This document shows, in pieces, positions 43,549 through 43,898 of a DNA stretch of 43,898 nt. The position numbers and the translations under genes are program-made. This DNA comes from Deltaproteobacteria bacterium (lineage in GTDB: Bacteria; Myxococcota_A; UBA9160; UBA4427), in assembly GCA_031400655.1 (NCBI GenBank), contig JANNQH010000088.1:1-43898 (forward strand), in the 5' to 3' direction. Under the pieces are notes generated by a model. The model was not told the origin of the DNA and made no database searches. It saw only the letters and a program-made list of their open reading frames with translations. Every line of letters starts with the position of its first letter. Positions within the stretch are counted from its first letter, which is position 1.

Positions 43549-43898
43549 ATGATGGACGCGCGCGCTCGTTTCCCCAGGTCGCTGGGACCCATTGCGGGTC
43601 TCGTCGGCCGGTCATTCTTCACGGGCTTCGTTCTTGCCCTGTCGCTCGCGCTGCTCGCGTGTCAGTCGGAGAACGACCTGTCTCCGAACGCGGACGCGAA
43701 CGGATCCCCGAGCGCGAGCTTCACCGAGGACCGCACGACCGGCGCCCCCGGCGTCGAAGTGCAGTTCACCGATACGTCGCGGGGTGAGATCGACGACTAC
43801 GCCTGGAATTTCGGCGCCGCCGGCACCCGCACGGAACGCAATCCCCGGGTTCGCTTCGACGATCCCGGCGTCTACACGGTCGTGCTCACGGTCTCGGG
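43549..43898 (+). CDS. PKD-domain lipoprotein, 5' fragment running off the right edge
   Basis: My own translation: MMDARARFPRSLGPIAGLVGRSFFTGFVLALSLALLAC (lipobox LLAC), then ASFTEDRTTGAPGVEVQFTDTSRGEIDDYAWNFGAAGTRTERNPRVRFDDPGVYTVVLTVS (PKD pattern). It is absent from the ORF track because no stop codon falls within the window. Confidence 0.7.
   Translation, partial: MMDARARFPRSLGPIAGLVGRSFFTGFVLALSLALLACQSENDLSPNADANGSPSASFTEDRTTGAPGVEVQFTDTSRGEIDDYAWNFGAAGTRTERNPRVRFDDPGVYTVVLTVS

Noticed and set aside
1-43898. Search for tRNA, rRNA, tmRNA, SRP RNA or riboswitches in the 13 intergenic gaps longer than 60 nt
   Set aside because: By eye I found no cloverleaf-compatible segment with a TPsiC-like GTTCGAATC box and no recognisable conserved RNA motif. 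This is a visual check only. An Infernal/tRNAscan run would be needed to be certain.

Overview
Very GC-rich (roughly 70% G+C by eye) chromosomal segment from a diderm bacterium. Gene content is reminiscent of Myxococcota or delta-like lineages, but taxonomy cannot be established from this sequence alone. I support 42 protein-coding genes, two of them truncated at the window edges and absent from the ORF track. I found no rRNA, tRNA, CRISPR array, transposase, integrase or prophage genes. Left third, minus strand: a complete, extremely compact dcw cluster (mraZ-rsmH-ftsL-ftsI-murE-murF-mraY-murD-ftsW-murG-murC-murB plus the start of one more gene), with a recognisable MraZ operator upstream. 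Next, also on the minus strand, is a tightly coupled four-gene unit: two ArsA/Get3-like ATPases, a PhaR-like DNA-binding protein and an HDAC-type deacetylase. Middle: a zinc-ribbon/DUF3426 membrane protein, tatA, phosphomannomutase, an EI24/CysZ-like protein, an alpha/beta-hydrolase-like protein and an ECF sigma factor. The most unusual locus follows at 24.5-28.1 kb on the minus strand: a MerR regulator, a ParA ATPase fused to a CBM48 glycogen-binding domain, a ParA/MinD paralogue lacking its Walker A lysines, and a NucS-like PD-(D/E)xK protein lacking its catalytic E/K. I read this as a candidate, apparently undescribed ParA-type cargo-positioning module; this is inference only. Right third: housekeeping genes (ATP-cone/2-phosphoglycerate-kinase-like protein, trmB, rlmN, a PPP phosphatase, LysM-rich lytic transglycosylase, ffh, orphan biotinyl carrier, GNAT, SDR, plsB, hisI, hisG, NUDIX, PKD lipoprotein). 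Many of the long ORFs in the track are antisense or read-through shadow ORFs typical of high-GC DNA, and I rejected them. Several true starts are internal to the track ORFs and overlap the upstream stop codon.
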